42,769 nucleotides of DNA, from the NCBI GenBank assembly GCA_045536645.1, contig JAZSNZ010000132.1, positions 1-42,769 of the forward strand, given 5' to 3'. The notes beneath the pieces are model-generated. The model was given only the letters and a program-made list of their open reading frames with translations, searched no databases and was not told the origin of the DNA. Positions 16,465-25,582 of this stretch are shown piece by piece. The position numbers and the translations under genes were made by a program. The number at the start of each line of letters is the position of its first letter. The first letter of the stretch is position 1. This stretch comes from Acutalibacteraceae bacterium (GTDB taxonomy: Bacteria > Bacillota > Clostridia > Oscillospirales > Acutalibacteraceae).

Positions 16465-16779
16465 TTGAAAAGGACTTTACCGTTTATTCTTGCTGTGATG
16501 ATTCTTTTTGCAGGCTGCAGTATTTCAGGACAGCCTGTGCAGAAGTATACATCTCCGCAGGGAACCCACAAAATAGTGGTGGAATATGATTTTGTCAGCC
16601 GTCCCAGAGTTTACGAGGAGAAGTGGTACGGTAAGGACCATCTCTGGAGCTATGACGGCAATGGATTCATGGAAACGGTATATTTTGATGTGGAATGGGT
16701 GTCTGAGGATCAGTTTTACATCAGATATGATGACTCAAATGACGAATATGATGAGGCGTTTCTTATAACTATTCCGTAA
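16465..16779 (+). CDS. Small lipoprotein
   Basis: TTG start with GGGAGGAG upstream. Signal peptide with the lipobox LFAGC (MKRTLPFILAVMILFAGCS). Confidence 0.6.
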   Translation: MKRTLPFILAVMILFAGCSISGQPVQKYTSPQGTHKIVVEYDFVSRPRVYEEKWYGKDHLWSYDGNGFMETVYFDVEWVSEDQFYIRYDDSNDEYDEAFLITIP

Positions 16780-16820
16780 AAAACAGGCTGCTGCAGAAAT
16801 CTGCAGCAGCCTGTTTTTCT
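16778..16820. terminator. Bidirectional Rho-independent terminator
   Basis: A 14-bp stem acaggctgctgcag/ctgcagcagcctgt with an aaat loop, flanked by an A-run and a T-run. It sits between convergent genes. Confidence 0.8.
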
Positions 16821-16825
16821 TAAAT

Positions 16826-18751
16826 TCAGCTCAGCTCAAACATACCTGTATAAAGCTGATAATATTTACCCTTCTGAGCGATGAGTGCATCGTGATTTCC
16901 ACGCTCGATTATCTCGCCCTTTTCAAGAACCATGATAGCATCGGAATTTCGGACGGTGGACAGTCTGTGTGCAATAACAAATACCGTCCTGCCCTCCATC
17001 AGCTTATCCATACCCTTTTCGATAAGCCGCTCGGTTCGGGTATCGATGGAGCTTGTAGCTTCGTCAAGGATAAGAACAGGGGGATCTGCAACAGCCGCTC
17101 TTGCAATCGCTATGAGCTGGCGCTGGCCCTGAGAGAGGTTTGCGCCGTCTGCGGTGAGCATTGTGTTATACCCCTCGGGAAGATGCTCAATAAACCAGTG
17201 TGCATTCGCGATCTTTGCGGCCGCAATACATTCTTCGTCTGTTGCGTCAAGCTTTCCGTAGCGGATATTCTCCATAACGGTGCCTGTGAACAGATGGGTA
17301 TCCTGCAGAACCATTGCAAGGGAACGGCGAAGATCGTCCTTCTTTATCTTGTTGATGTTTATGCCGTCGTAGCGGATCTTGCCGTCAGGCACATCATAGA
17401 AGCGGTTGATAAGGTTTGTAATGGTGGTCTTGCCTGCGCCTGTAGAGCCGACAAAAGCGATCTTCTCACCTTCGTTTGCGTAGAGGGAAATGCCGTTGAG
17501 AACTGTCTTGTTTTCTTCATATCCGAATACAACGTCCTCAAATTCCACCTCGCCCTTGAGCAGAGTGTATGTGATAGTGCCGTCGCCGTGGGGGTGCTTC
17601 CATGCCCATACGCCTGTTCTTGTTTCACTTTCTGAGATATTGCCCTCTGCATCAACAGAAGCATTTACAAGCATGACATAGCCGTCGTCAGTCTCGGGTT
17701 CTGCGTCAATTATCTCAAAAATACGCTCAGCGCCTGCAAGTGCCATAAGTATGGCGTTTAACTGCTGGCTCATCATGGTGATGGGACGGGAGAAATTACG
17801 GGTAAAGGTGAGGAAGGAAGCGAGAGTGCCAAGAGTGATGGAGCCTGTAAGAATAGCGATAACAGCACCGACAAGTGCGGTTATAGCGTAGTGTGCGTGG
17901 GAAAGATTGCCCATGATGGGGTGAAGGATGTTTGCGAAGGTGTGAGCCTTGGTGGAGGCTGCTGCAAGGTCAGCGTTAAGAGCGTCAAACTCTTCCTTTA
18001 CCTTGTCTTCGTGGCAGAATACCTTGACGACCTTCTGCCCTTCGATCATCTCTTCGATATGACCGTTTACCTTACCGATGTTCTTCTGCTGTTCCATGAA
18101 ATACTTGCCGCTCTTCTTGCCGATGGTGCTGACAAGGAAGAGGATAAGGAACAGCATAAGAATAACAAGAATGGTAAGCTGCCAGCTGAGTACACACATC
18201 ATAACGAACACGGAAACGACTGTAAGCATGGAGCTTATAAAATTCGTTATAGTGTTGCTCATAAAATCGCGCAGAGCGTCGATATCATTGGTGTAGCGGC
18301 TCATAAGCTCACCGTGGGTGCGTGTATCAAAGAATTTGATAGGCAGCTTCTGCATATTGGAGAACATCTCTGTTCTGATTCGCAGAAGTGTGCGGGTAGA
18401 GACATTGAGCATAAGTCTGCTGGCGATAACATTGAAAAGAACTGCACAGATATAAATTACAGCAATGACCAGCGTAGTGCTTATAAGCTCCTTGAAACGC
18501 TCTGACGAGGGAATAAGAGAGCCGCTTTCGGTGACAGCGGTGGAGATGCTGTCGATAAGAGGTTTGAGAAGATAAGTCGCTGCAACCTCAAAGAGAGAGA
18601 TGAGGACAACGAATGTCAGAATAATTATCATGCTGACCTTATATTTGAACATATAGGAGAGCACACGGGAAAGTGTTTTGCCTGCGTTTTTGGGTTTTGG
18701 TCCGACAGCCATGCCTTTTCTTCCGGGACCGCCCATTTTAGGTCCTGCCAT
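16826..18751 (-). CDS. ABC exporter permease/ATPase, consensus-NBD half of a heterodimer (BmrD/LmrD/YheH-like)
   Basis: Walker A GSTGAGKTT, Walker B LILDEATS with the catalytic Glu, H-loop IAHRLST. The ABC signature is non-canonical (LSQGQ). TAATG overlap with the upstream partner gene. Confidence 0.9.
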   Translation of the reverse strand: MAGPKMGGPGRKGMAVGPKPKNAGKTLSRVLSYMFKYKVSMIIILTFVVLISLFEVAATYLLKPLIDSISTAVTESGSLIPSSERFKELISTTLVIAVIYICAVLFNVIASRLMLNVSTRTLLRIRTEMFSNMQKLPIKFFDTRTHGELMSRYTNDIDALRDFMSNTITNFISSMLTVVSVFVMMCVLSWQLTILVILMLFLILFLVSTIGKKSGKYFMEQQKNIGKVNGHIEEMIEGQKVVKVFCHEDKVKEEFDALNADLAAASTKAHTFANILHPIMGNLSHAHYAITALVGAVIAILTGSITLGTLASFLTFTRNFSRPITMMSQQLNAILMALAGAERIFEIIDAEPETDDGYVMLVNASVDAEGNISESETRTGVWAWKHPHGDGTITYTLLKGEVEFEDVVFGYEENKTVLNGISLYANEGEKIAFVGSTGAGKTTITNLINRFYDVPDGKIRYDGININKIKKDDLRRSLAMVLQDTHLFTGTVMENIRYGKLDATDEECIAAAKIANAHWFIEHLPEGYNTMLTADGANLSQGQRQLIAIARAAVADPPVLILDEATSSIDTRTERLIEKGMDKLMEGRTVFVIAHRLSTVRNSDAIMVLEKGEIIERGNHDALIAQKGKYYQLYTGMFELS

Positions 18752-20553
18752 TAGTCCTGCGCTCCTTTCTGCTGAGATTCGTAAACCTCACGGTAAATTT
18801 CGTTGCTTTCGAGGAGCTCATCGTGAGTGCCTATGGCATCTATTTTGCCGTTGTCCATGACGATTATCCTGTCAGCATCGGAAACAGAGGAAATTCTCTG
18901 TGCAATGATAATAGTGGTGGTGTCAGCAAGCTCTGTTCTGAGAGCCTCGCGGATGGATGCATCGGTTGCTGTATCAACGGCACTGGTGCTGTCGTCCATG
19001 ATTATGATCTTGGGCTTTTTAAGCAGTGCGCGTGCGATACAGAGTCTCTGCTTCTGACCGCCTGAGACATTGACACCGCCCTGGCCGAGCTCGGTGTTGT
19101 AGCCATCGGGGAAGCTTTCAATAAAGTCGTGAGCGCAGGCGACCTTACATGCCGCAACAAGCTGTTCGTCTGTAGCGTGCTCGTTGCCCCAGCGCAGATT
19201 TTCTGCGATAGTTCCCGAGAAGAGGACATTCTTCTGAAGAACCATTGCAACGCTGTTGCGAAGTTCATCGAGTGAATACTCACGGACATCAACTCCGCCG
19301 ACCTTTACAGAGCCGGCAACAACGTCGTAGAGTCGGGGAATAAGCTGCACAAGGGTACTCTTTGCAGAGCCCGTACCGCCTATGATTCCGATGGTCTCAC
19401 CGGACCTGATATGCAGGTCGATGTTTTCAAGAGTAAGATTATCGGGGTTCTTTGAATAGCTGAAATCCACCATATCAAAGTCGATGCTGCCGTCCTTTAC
19501 CCTGATATCGGATGCGTTGTCAGCAATGTCAAGTTCCTCATTGAGAACCTCGTTGATTCTGGTTATCGATGCACGGGAAAGGACGATGTTTATGAGTATC
19601 ATACCCAGCATGAGAAGGCTGATGAGAATCTGAGTAATGTAAGAGATAAAGCTGATAAGCTGACCGCTGGTCATGGTGCTGTCGATAAGGTAAGGCTTAA
19701 CACCGCTCTCGATAGAACCGTTTATGACCATTGAACCGCCGAACAGCAGAACGAAAACGATACATGCATACATGCAAAGGGACATTATAGGCATACCGTA
19801 AACAAGAAGCTTTTCGGCCTTGACCTGCATATTGCGCAGGTCATTTGCAGATTTGCGGAACTTCTTATCTTCATGATCGCCTCTTACAAATGCCTTTACA
19901 ACACGCATGGCAATAAGGTTTTCCTGTACGGTGGCGTTCATGTTGTCAATGCGCTCAAGCATAGCCTTGAAACGGGGATATGCCAGGACCATAAGGAGAC
20001 CAAGGGTGACGACCATAAGAGGCATGATGACGGCAAAAACAATGGAAAGGCTTCCGCTGAGGCGTGTCGCCATGATAAGACCGCCTATCATCATAAAGGG
20101 AGCTCTTATAGCCATTCTCAGAAGCATGGAAAAAACATTCTGAGTGTTTGTAACGTCGGTGGTAAGTCTTGTGACAAGAGATGCGGTGGAGAAATGGTCG
20201 GTGTTTGCAAAGGAGAAATCCTGCACCTTATAGAAAAGTGCCTGACGGAGATTCTTTGCAAAGCCTGCACCTGCGACAGCTGCATTCTTTCCCGCCATAG
20301 CGCCGCAGAAAAGGGAGAACAGAGCGCAGAGTATCATCAGACCGCCCATCATTGCAACGTAGCCTATCTGATCGCCCCTGCTTGTGAACATGGGGGTCAG
20401 ATCATTGCTTGCGGCATTCATGCCGTTGTTGATACCGTTATCCACAATAAGGGAGATAATAAACGGTATCAGAATTTCCATGCCAATCTCACCTATCATA
20501 AGAATAGGTGTAATTATGGCATTTTTTGCGTACTTTCCAACATATTTAATCAT
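18751..20553 (-). CDS. ABC exporter permease/ATPase, degenerate-NBD half of a heterodimer (BmrC/LmrC/YheI-like)
   Basis: Walker A GGTGSAKST. Walker B IIIMDDSTS has Asp in place of the catalytic Glu. The H-loop has Gln (IIAQRISS). The signature VSGGQ is canonical. Start is ambiguous: ATG 20553 (MIKYVGKY) is preferred, and ATG 20565/20562 abut the GGAGG. Confidence 0.85.
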   Translation of the reverse strand: MIKYVGKYAKNAIITPILMIGEIGMEILIPFIISLIVDNGINNGMNAASNDLTPMFTSRGDQIGYVAMMGGLMILCALFSLFCGAMAGKNAAVAGAGFAKNLRQALFYKVQDFSFANTDHFSTASLVTRLTTDVTNTQNVFSMLLRMAIRAPFMMIGGLIMATRLSGSLSIVFAVIMPLMVVTLGLLMVLAYPRFKAMLERIDNMNATVQENLIAMRVVKAFVRGDHEDKKFRKSANDLRNMQVKAEKLLVYGMPIMSLCMYACIVFVLLFGGSMVINGSIESGVKPYLIDSTMTSGQLISFISYITQILISLLMLGMILINIVLSRASITRINEVLNEELDIADNASDIRVKDGSIDFDMVDFSYSKNPDNLTLENIDLHIRSGETIGIIGGTGSAKSTLVQLIPRLYDVVAGSVKVGGVDVREYSLDELRNSVAMVLQKNVLFSGTIAENLRWGNEHATDEQLVAACKVACAHDFIESFPDGYNTELGQGGVNVSGGQKQRLCIARALLKKPKIIIMDDSTSAVDTATDASIREALRTELADTTTIIIAQRISSVSDADRIIVMDNGKIDAIGTHDELLESNEIYREVYESQQKGAQD

Positions 20554-21070
20554 TGTCGGCATCATCCTCCTGCTGTTTTGCCAATTTTCTTTCGTTGTCG
20601 GCGACTTCTCCTGCGAGTTTGGCGATAACGCAGGGGCCGTTTCGGTCTGCATCGCCTCCGAGGTTGACTATTATACGGTCAAGATAAGAAACAAAGTCAT
20701 CAAGCTCCCGCTCGGATAAGCCCGAAAAAGCGCTGTTGTCGATCCTGTCAAGAACTGCACGGCACTTTTCAAGGGTGTCGAGACCCTGCTCTGTTATGGA
20801 CAGCCTGTTGCAGCGTGCGTTGCACTCATCGGTCCTGCGGGTCAGCAGTCCCGATTTTTCAAGCCTTTTGGTGGAAACGGCTATGGACGCAGGGCTGACC
20901 ATCAGCATATCCGCAAGCTCTTTCTGAGTGCAGCCGTCGTGTCTGCATACAGTGTCCATTATGGGGAACTGACCGTGATACAGAGCGAGATCCTCGCGCT
21001 GAGCGGCAAGCCTGCGAAGCAGCTTTACCTGCGTGATCTTGCCTAAGATATCACGCTTCTCAATTGCCAA
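20546..21070 (-). CDS. MarR-family transcriptional regulator
   Basis: Winged-helix core CTQKELADMLMVSPASIAVSTKRLEKSGLLTRRTDECNARCNRLSITEQG. TTG 21070 is preferred (GGAGG 8 nt upstream) over GTG 21079. Confidence 0.85.
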   Translation of the reverse strand: MAIEKRDILGKITQVKLLRRLAAQREDLALYHGQFPIMDTVCRHDGCTQKELADMLMVSPASIAVSTKRLEKSGLLTRRTDECNARCNRLSITEQGLDTLEKCRAVLDRIDNSAFSGLSERELDDFVSYLDRIIVNLGGDADRNGPCVIAKLAGEVADNERKLAKQQEDDADND

Positions 21071-21096
21071 AAACGTCACCTCCTGTAAAAATTAGC

Positions 21097-21113
21097 CGAT
21101 TAACAATTAATCG
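21097..21113. promoter_or_regulatory. Candidate MarR operator palindrome CGATTAAcaaTTAATCG
   Basis: Perfect 7-bp inverted repeat with a 3-nt spacer. It lies between the predicted -10 and the marR start codon. Confidence 0.4.
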
Positions 21114-21127
21114 TTTAACTGTTAGAG

Positions 21128-21156
21128 ATTTTAACACATGGAAAAAACAAAGTCAA
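21128..21156 (-). promoter_or_regulatory. sigma-A-like promoter (TTGACT-17-TGtTAAAAT) of the marR-ABC operon
   Basis: The minus strand reads TTGACT (21151-21156), a 17-nt spacer ending in TGT, then TAAAAT (21128-21133). Confidence 0.5.
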
Positions 21157-21212
21157 CAGAACGATTGTGAAATATGTGCAACATATATGCGCGAAGTTTG
21201 TGAAATATAAAT

Positions 21213-21244
21213 AAAGGCCCGACGGCGTTAGCCGTCAGGCCTTT
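21213..21244 (-). terminator. Rho-independent terminator of the P-type ATPase gene
   Basis: A 14-bp stem aaaggcccgacggc/gccgtcaggccttt with one G-U pair and a 4-nt loop. On the minus strand it is followed by a T-rich stretch. Confidence 0.7.
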
Positions 21245-21254
21245 AAGGTAAAAC

Positions 21255-23888
21255 TTATTCGTTGCCGTGACCTGTCTTGCGCTGAATGAACTTGATTATC
21301 TCAACGATGGGGATAATAGTAATCGCAAGAGCGATAGCGATTCCGTATTCACCGAGGCCTATCTCAGAGAAGGAGAATGCATTTCTCAGGAAGGGGATGA
21401 ATACGACTGCTGTGGTAAGGATAAAGGAAAGTGCCATAGTGCCCCAGAGGAGCATATTGTGAGTCTTGATAGAGAATACAGACTGTCTTCTGGAGCGCAT
21501 GTTGAAGGAATGGAAAACCTCGGTCATGGAGAGTGCGAGGAATGCCATTGTAATGCCGTGATCGGCACCGCCGATTCCGTTGCCGATGAAGTAAGCGATA
21601 AGGGTGATAGCAGCTACGATACCGCCGTGGAGAATGATGTCAAGCAACATGCCGCCTGCAAAGACGCCTTCCTTGGAATCACGGGGTGCGCGGTTCATGA
21701 TGTTCTTTTCTGCCTTCTCAGTACCGAGAGCCAGTGCGGGGAAGGTATCTGTAATAAGGTTTATCCAAAGCAGATGAGGGGGCTTGAGGATAACGAATCC
21801 GCAGAGTGTTGCAACGAAGATTGCGATGACCTCGGAGAGGTTGGAGGAGAGCAGGAACTGGATTGTCTTGCGGATATTGTCGTAAATTCTTCTGCCTTCT
21901 TCGACGGCTGTAACGATAGTTGCAAAGTTGTCGTCAGCGAGAACCATGTCGGCAACGTTCTTTGTAACGTCAGTGCCTGTGATACCCATACCGACGCCGA
22001 TGTCAGCGCTCTTGATGGAGGGTGCGTCATTAACGCCGTCACCTGTCATAGCGGTGATCATGCCCTTTGCGCGCCATGCATTGACGATTCTTGTCTTGTG
22101 TTCGGGCTGAACACGTGCGTAGACGGAATAGAGCTCGATATCCTTTTCAAGCTGTTCATCACTTATTTTGTCGAGGTCAGCGCCTGTGATGGCCTTTCTG
22201 CCGCCATCGAGAATGCCGAGGGTGTTTGCAATAGCGGTAGCGGTGTCAATGTGGTCGCCTGTTATCATGATAGGACGAATGTGAGCGCTGCGGCACTCAT
22301 TTACCGCATCGATAACCTCGGGACGTACAGGGTCGATCATGCCGACGAGACCTACATAGCAGAGGTCTTTTTCAAGGAAGGTATCCTCATAGCTTTCGGG
22401 TTCTGCATCCCAGTATCTTACAGCGGCGCAGAGAACGCGGAGTGCTCTGTCGGCCATACCCTTGTTTTCGGAAGCGATAGCCTTTTTCTTTTCCTCGGTC
22501 ATAGGCACAGCCTTGCCGTTTTCAAGGTAAGAAGAGCAGCGGCTGAGAATAACGTCGGTAGCACCCTTGGTGTACTGAACTATCTTGCCGTTCTCGTTGT
22601 GAACGGTGGTCATCATCTTGCGCATGGAATCAAAGGGAGCCTCGCCGATTCTGGGAGCCTCAGCCTCAAGAGCAGGCTTGGGCATTTCCTTGCCGTAAGC
22701 GAAGTTTACAAGAGCACACTCGGTGGGGTCACCGATATCGGAATTGCCTGTCTCTTCGTTGAGAACTGCATCGCAGCAAAGGCACATTGCCTTTGCAAGG
22801 AGATTGCTGTCGTCGGAGAAATCCTCCACAACAGTCATCTTGTTCATTGTCAGAGTACCTGTCTTGTCAGAGCAGATTATCTGAGTGCAGCCGAGAGTTT
22901 CAACGGCTGTGAGCTTACGGATAACTGCGTTTCGGGCAGACATCTTGGTAACGCCCATGGAAAGAACGATGGTGACAACAGCAGCCAGACCTTCGGGGAT
23001 AGCCGCAACTGCGAGAGAGATAGCGACCATGAAGGTGTCAAGGATAACTCCGCCGTTGAGTTCGCCAACGATAGATCCTCTTATAAGGTTAAATACAAAA
23101 AGAATGACACAGATGCCGAGTACGAGGAAGGTGAGCAGACGGCTCAGCTCTGAGAGCTTGCGCTGGAGAGGAGTCTGACCCTCTTCTGCTGTAGCGATAG
23201 CATCAGCGATCTTGCCCATCTCGGTGTTCATGCCGGTGCCGGTAACTACCATCTTGCCGTGACCGTAAACGATGGTGCTGCCGGTGTAGACCATGTTCTT
23301 GCGATCGCCCAGAGAGACTTCACCGTTCTCGCCGCCGCCGATAGCTTCGACCTTCTTGTCAACAGGAACGGACTCACCTGTCAGAGCAGCTTCTTCTGCT
23401 TTCATGCTTGCGCATTCGATAATGCGTCCGTCAGCAGGAACAGCATCACCTGCATCGAGAATAACGATATCGCCGGGTACAAGCTCAGCAGCAGGAACGA
23501 TAACGGACTTGCCGTCACGAACGACCTTTGACTGAGCGGCGGTCATTTCAGAGAGAGCCTCGATAGCGGACTCTGCCTTTGATTCCTGAAAAACACTGAG
23601 AACAGAGTTGATGATAACAACTATAAGAATAATGATAGCATCTGTGGGGAAGCCGCCCTCGATTATCTCGGTAACTGCGGAAATAGCAGCTGCTGCAAGA
23701 AGCACGAGGATCATGGGATCAGCAAGAGATTTTACAAATCTCATGATAAGGCTTGTCTTTTTTGCTTCAGCCAGTTTGTTGAAACCGTGCTGAGCCAGAC
23801 GCTCAGCGGCAGCCTTACTGCTAAGACCCTCGGCGCTCGTTCCCTGTTCGTCGAGAACCTCGGAAACGTCCTTTAAATATTCTTTCAT
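21255..23888 (-). CDS. P-type (type IIA) Ca2+-transporting ATPase
   Basis: 877 aa. Motifs TGES, phosphorylation site CSDKTGTLT, TM4 IPEGLAAV, KGA, TGDGVNDAP and MITGD. Confidence 0.9.
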   Translation of the reverse strand: MKEYLKDVSEVLDEQGTSAEGLSSKAAAERLAQHGFNKLAEAKKTSLIMRFVKSLADPMILVLLAAAAISAVTEIIEGGFPTDAIIILIVVIINSVLSVFQESKAESAIEALSEMTAAQSKVVRDGKSVIVPAAELVPGDIVILDAGDAVPADGRIIECASMKAEEAALTGESVPVDKKVEAIGGGENGEVSLGDRKNMVYTGSTIVYGHGKMVVTGTGMNTEMGKIADAIATAEEGQTPLQRKLSELSRLLTFLVLGICVILFVFNLIRGSIVGELNGGVILDTFMVAISLAVAAIPEGLAAVVTIVLSMGVTKMSARNAVIRKLTAVETLGCTQIICSDKTGTLTMNKMTVVEDFSDDSNLLAKAMCLCCDAVLNEETGNSDIGDPTECALVNFAYGKEMPKPALEAEAPRIGEAPFDSMRKMMTTVHNENGKIVQYTKGATDVILSRCSSYLENGKAVPMTEEKKKAIASENKGMADRALRVLCAAVRYWDAEPESYEDTFLEKDLCYVGLVGMIDPVRPEVIDAVNECRSAHIRPIMITGDHIDTATAIANTLGILDGGRKAITGADLDKISDEQLEKDIELYSVYARVQPEHKTRIVNAWRAKGMITAMTGDGVNDAPSIKSADIGVGMGITGTDVTKNVADMVLADDNFATIVTAVEEGRRIYDNIRKTIQFLLSSNLSEVIAIFVATLCGFVILKPPHLLWINLITDTFPALALGTEKAEKNIMNRAPRDSKEGVFAGGMLLDIILHGGIVAAITLIAYFIGNGIGGADHGITMAFLALSMTEVFHSFNMRSRRQSVFSIKTHNMLLWGTMALSFILTTAVVFIPFLRNAFSFSEIGLGEYGIAIALAITIIPIVEIIKFIQRKTGHGNE

Positions 23889-24045
23889 TTGTTCCTATCC
23901 TTTCTCCTGAATGGGTTTGCGTACTTATAAGTAATACTGGTAGTATACGCCACGCAGAGTATTCTACACTATAAAACATTTTAAATCTATAGTAAAATTG
24001 CAATTTTTTGACTTTCAGAACAAAATATGGAAATGTATAAGATGT

Positions 24046-24082
24046 ATGATAGAAACCGCTCAACCATGCGGTCGAGCGGTTT
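24046..24082 (-). terminator. Possible terminator hairpin downstream of the DUF1015 gene
   Basis: A 9-bp stem aaaccgctc/gagcggttt plus an inner 3-bp extension. On the minus strand it is followed by tttctatcat. It lies about 80 nt past the stop codon. Confidence 0.4.
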
Positions 24083-24159
24083 GAAAACATCAAAAATCGA
24101 ATGTGCGGTTTTTAGCGGTTAAATCCGCATTGTTATGCTGATTTCAGCGCTTTTCCCAA

Positions 24160-25437
24160 TTATTCGCCGAAACGGTTCATGACCATACCGGTGATGAGCT
24201 TCGGATAGAAGTAAGTGGACTTCTGAGGCATCTTTTCGCCAGCAGCTGCAACATCGCGGATCTCCTCAACTCTGGTGGGATTGAGAATGAAGGAGCACTG
24301 GAACTTGCCGCTCTTTACGCCATCGATAGCCTCGTCGAAGACTCTTGTGTAGGTCAAGTTAATCTGAGCAGCCATGTTCTCCTTGTCGATTCCGAGGCAG
24401 TTCTCAAGAACGAGGGAGTGAAGGACACTTACGTCAAGACCGCGGAGAGCATCGGAGCAGCCGGGAAGAACGCTTTCCATGACAGCGAGGTCACGGAGAA
24501 CGAGAAGATCCCACTCGTCGCCGCCGCAGTAAAGTGCGTAGGCCTTCTTGCCGTCCTTGTAGTAAGCATCAAGCTTGCTCTCGATGGTGTCAACACCTGT
24601 CTCGTGAGTGATCTCGAAGTTTTCCTTTGCCGCGTCCAGCATTGCGTCCTTGTCGAAGTTCTCAAGGTCGCGAACAAGGCGGTGGGTGGGGAATACAACA
24701 AGACCGTCATTCTCCATGTCAACGAGCATCATCATGATGTAGTCGCTGTCAGCACCCTCGGGAGTACCGTTCTCACGGCAGTAGTTGCGGTAGTTGATAC
24801 CGGTCTCATAGCGGTGATGACCGTCAGCAATATAGAGCTTTCTGTCAGCAAAGTCGCCGCAGAGTCTTGCAACGGTAGAGGGGTTGGAGACGATCCACAT
24901 GCGGTGTGTAACGCCTGCCTCATCGGTAAGCTCGAGGTCGGGAGTGCAGTCGGAGCACTCGTCGATAAGGGACTTTGTCTTGCCCTCTTCGTCCATGTAG
25001 AGGGAGTATATCTGGGAGAAGTTGCAGCCTGTAGCCTTCATGAGGTTGAGACGGTCAGTCTTGGCCTTGGAGAGAGTCTCCTCGTGAGGGAGAACAATAC
25101 CCTTGTCAAACTCCTCGAGCTTGACAGCGGCGATCATGCCCTTGATGGACATGACAGTGTCCTTTACCTTGAATTCCTCTTCGTAGATATAGATGGAATC
25201 CTTGCCCTCACGGATGAGAGTGCCGTCAGCGAGCCATGCCTTGAGAACTTCGCCTGCCTGAGCATAAGGATCATCGCCCTTGGGAAGCTCAAGACGGATA
25301 ACGTTTTTCTCGTTGGTCTCGAGGTAAGCCAGACGCTGCTCCTCGCTGATAATGTCATAGGGAGGGCAGGTGAGGGATTCGAGGGTGCCTGCTGCTTCGG
25401 AGAAGCGCATGCCGTTGAAGCCTTTAACGATAGCCAT
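24160..25437 (-). CDS. DUF1015-family protein
   Basis: Start re-called to ATG 25437 (MAIVKGFNGMRF...). LTCPPYDIIS and the IADGHHRYET motif are characteristic of DUF1015. Confidence 0.8.
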   Translation of the reverse strand: MAIVKGFNGMRFSEAAGTLESLTCPPYDIISEEQRLAYLETNEKNVIRLELPKGDDPYAQAGEVLKAWLADGTLIREGKDSIYIYEEEFKVKDTVMSIKGMIAAVKLEEFDKGIVLPHEETLSKAKTDRLNLMKATGCNFSQIYSLYMDEEGKTKSLIDECSDCTPDLELTDEAGVTHRMWIVSNPSTVARLCGDFADRKLYIADGHHRYETGINYRNYCRENGTPEGADSDYIMMMLVDMENDGLVVFPTHRLVRDLENFDKDAMLDAAKENFEITHETGVDTIESKLDAYYKDGKKAYALYCGGDEWDLLVLRDLAVMESVLPGCSDALRGLDVSVLHSLVLENCLGIDKENMAAQINLTYTRVFDEAIDGVKSGKFQCSFILNPTRVEEIRDVAAAGEKMPQKSTYFYPKLITGMVMNRFGE

Positions 25438-25582
25438 TTGTAACTGCAACCTTTCATTTGTTAGTTTTCTGACATAGTTTAACTCATTACAGTGTTAATA
25501 GTCAAGATAAGGCGGCCAATTTTATGTGCAGATACAAATGAAGGGGGTAAAACGTTATATTTTTTGTGTTATATTTTTTAGC

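Noticed and set aside
16892-20628. Several plus-strand ORFs (16892-17635, 17891-18505, 19873-20628 and smaller ones) antisense to the two ABC transporter genes
   Set aside because: All are embedded in strongly supported ABC genes. Their translations are Cys/His/Gly-rich nonsense without start signals.
21267-23153. 628-aa ORF on the plus strand, antisense to the P-type ATPase gene
   Set aside because: It lies entirely inside a gene that has the complete P-type motif set on the opposite strand. Its translation is a low-information C/D/G/V-rich sequence with no motifs, SD or promoter. Long antisense ORFs are expected opposite genes with this codon bias.
23889-24159. Possible riboswitch or leader RNA upstream of the Ca2+-ATPase gene
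   Set aside because: The region of about 270 nt has small palindromes (for example TACTTATAAGTA and GCGTA...TACGC). I could not match it to any riboswitch consensus I know, and part of it is the terminator region of the upstream gene. The ORF 23821-24093 in this region has no SD and overlaps the ATPase start.
24418-25443. 341-aa plus-strand ORF antisense to the DUF1015 gene
   Set aside because: A mirror-frame artefact. It has no SD and no recognisable domain, and the opposite strand encodes a well-supported conserved protein.
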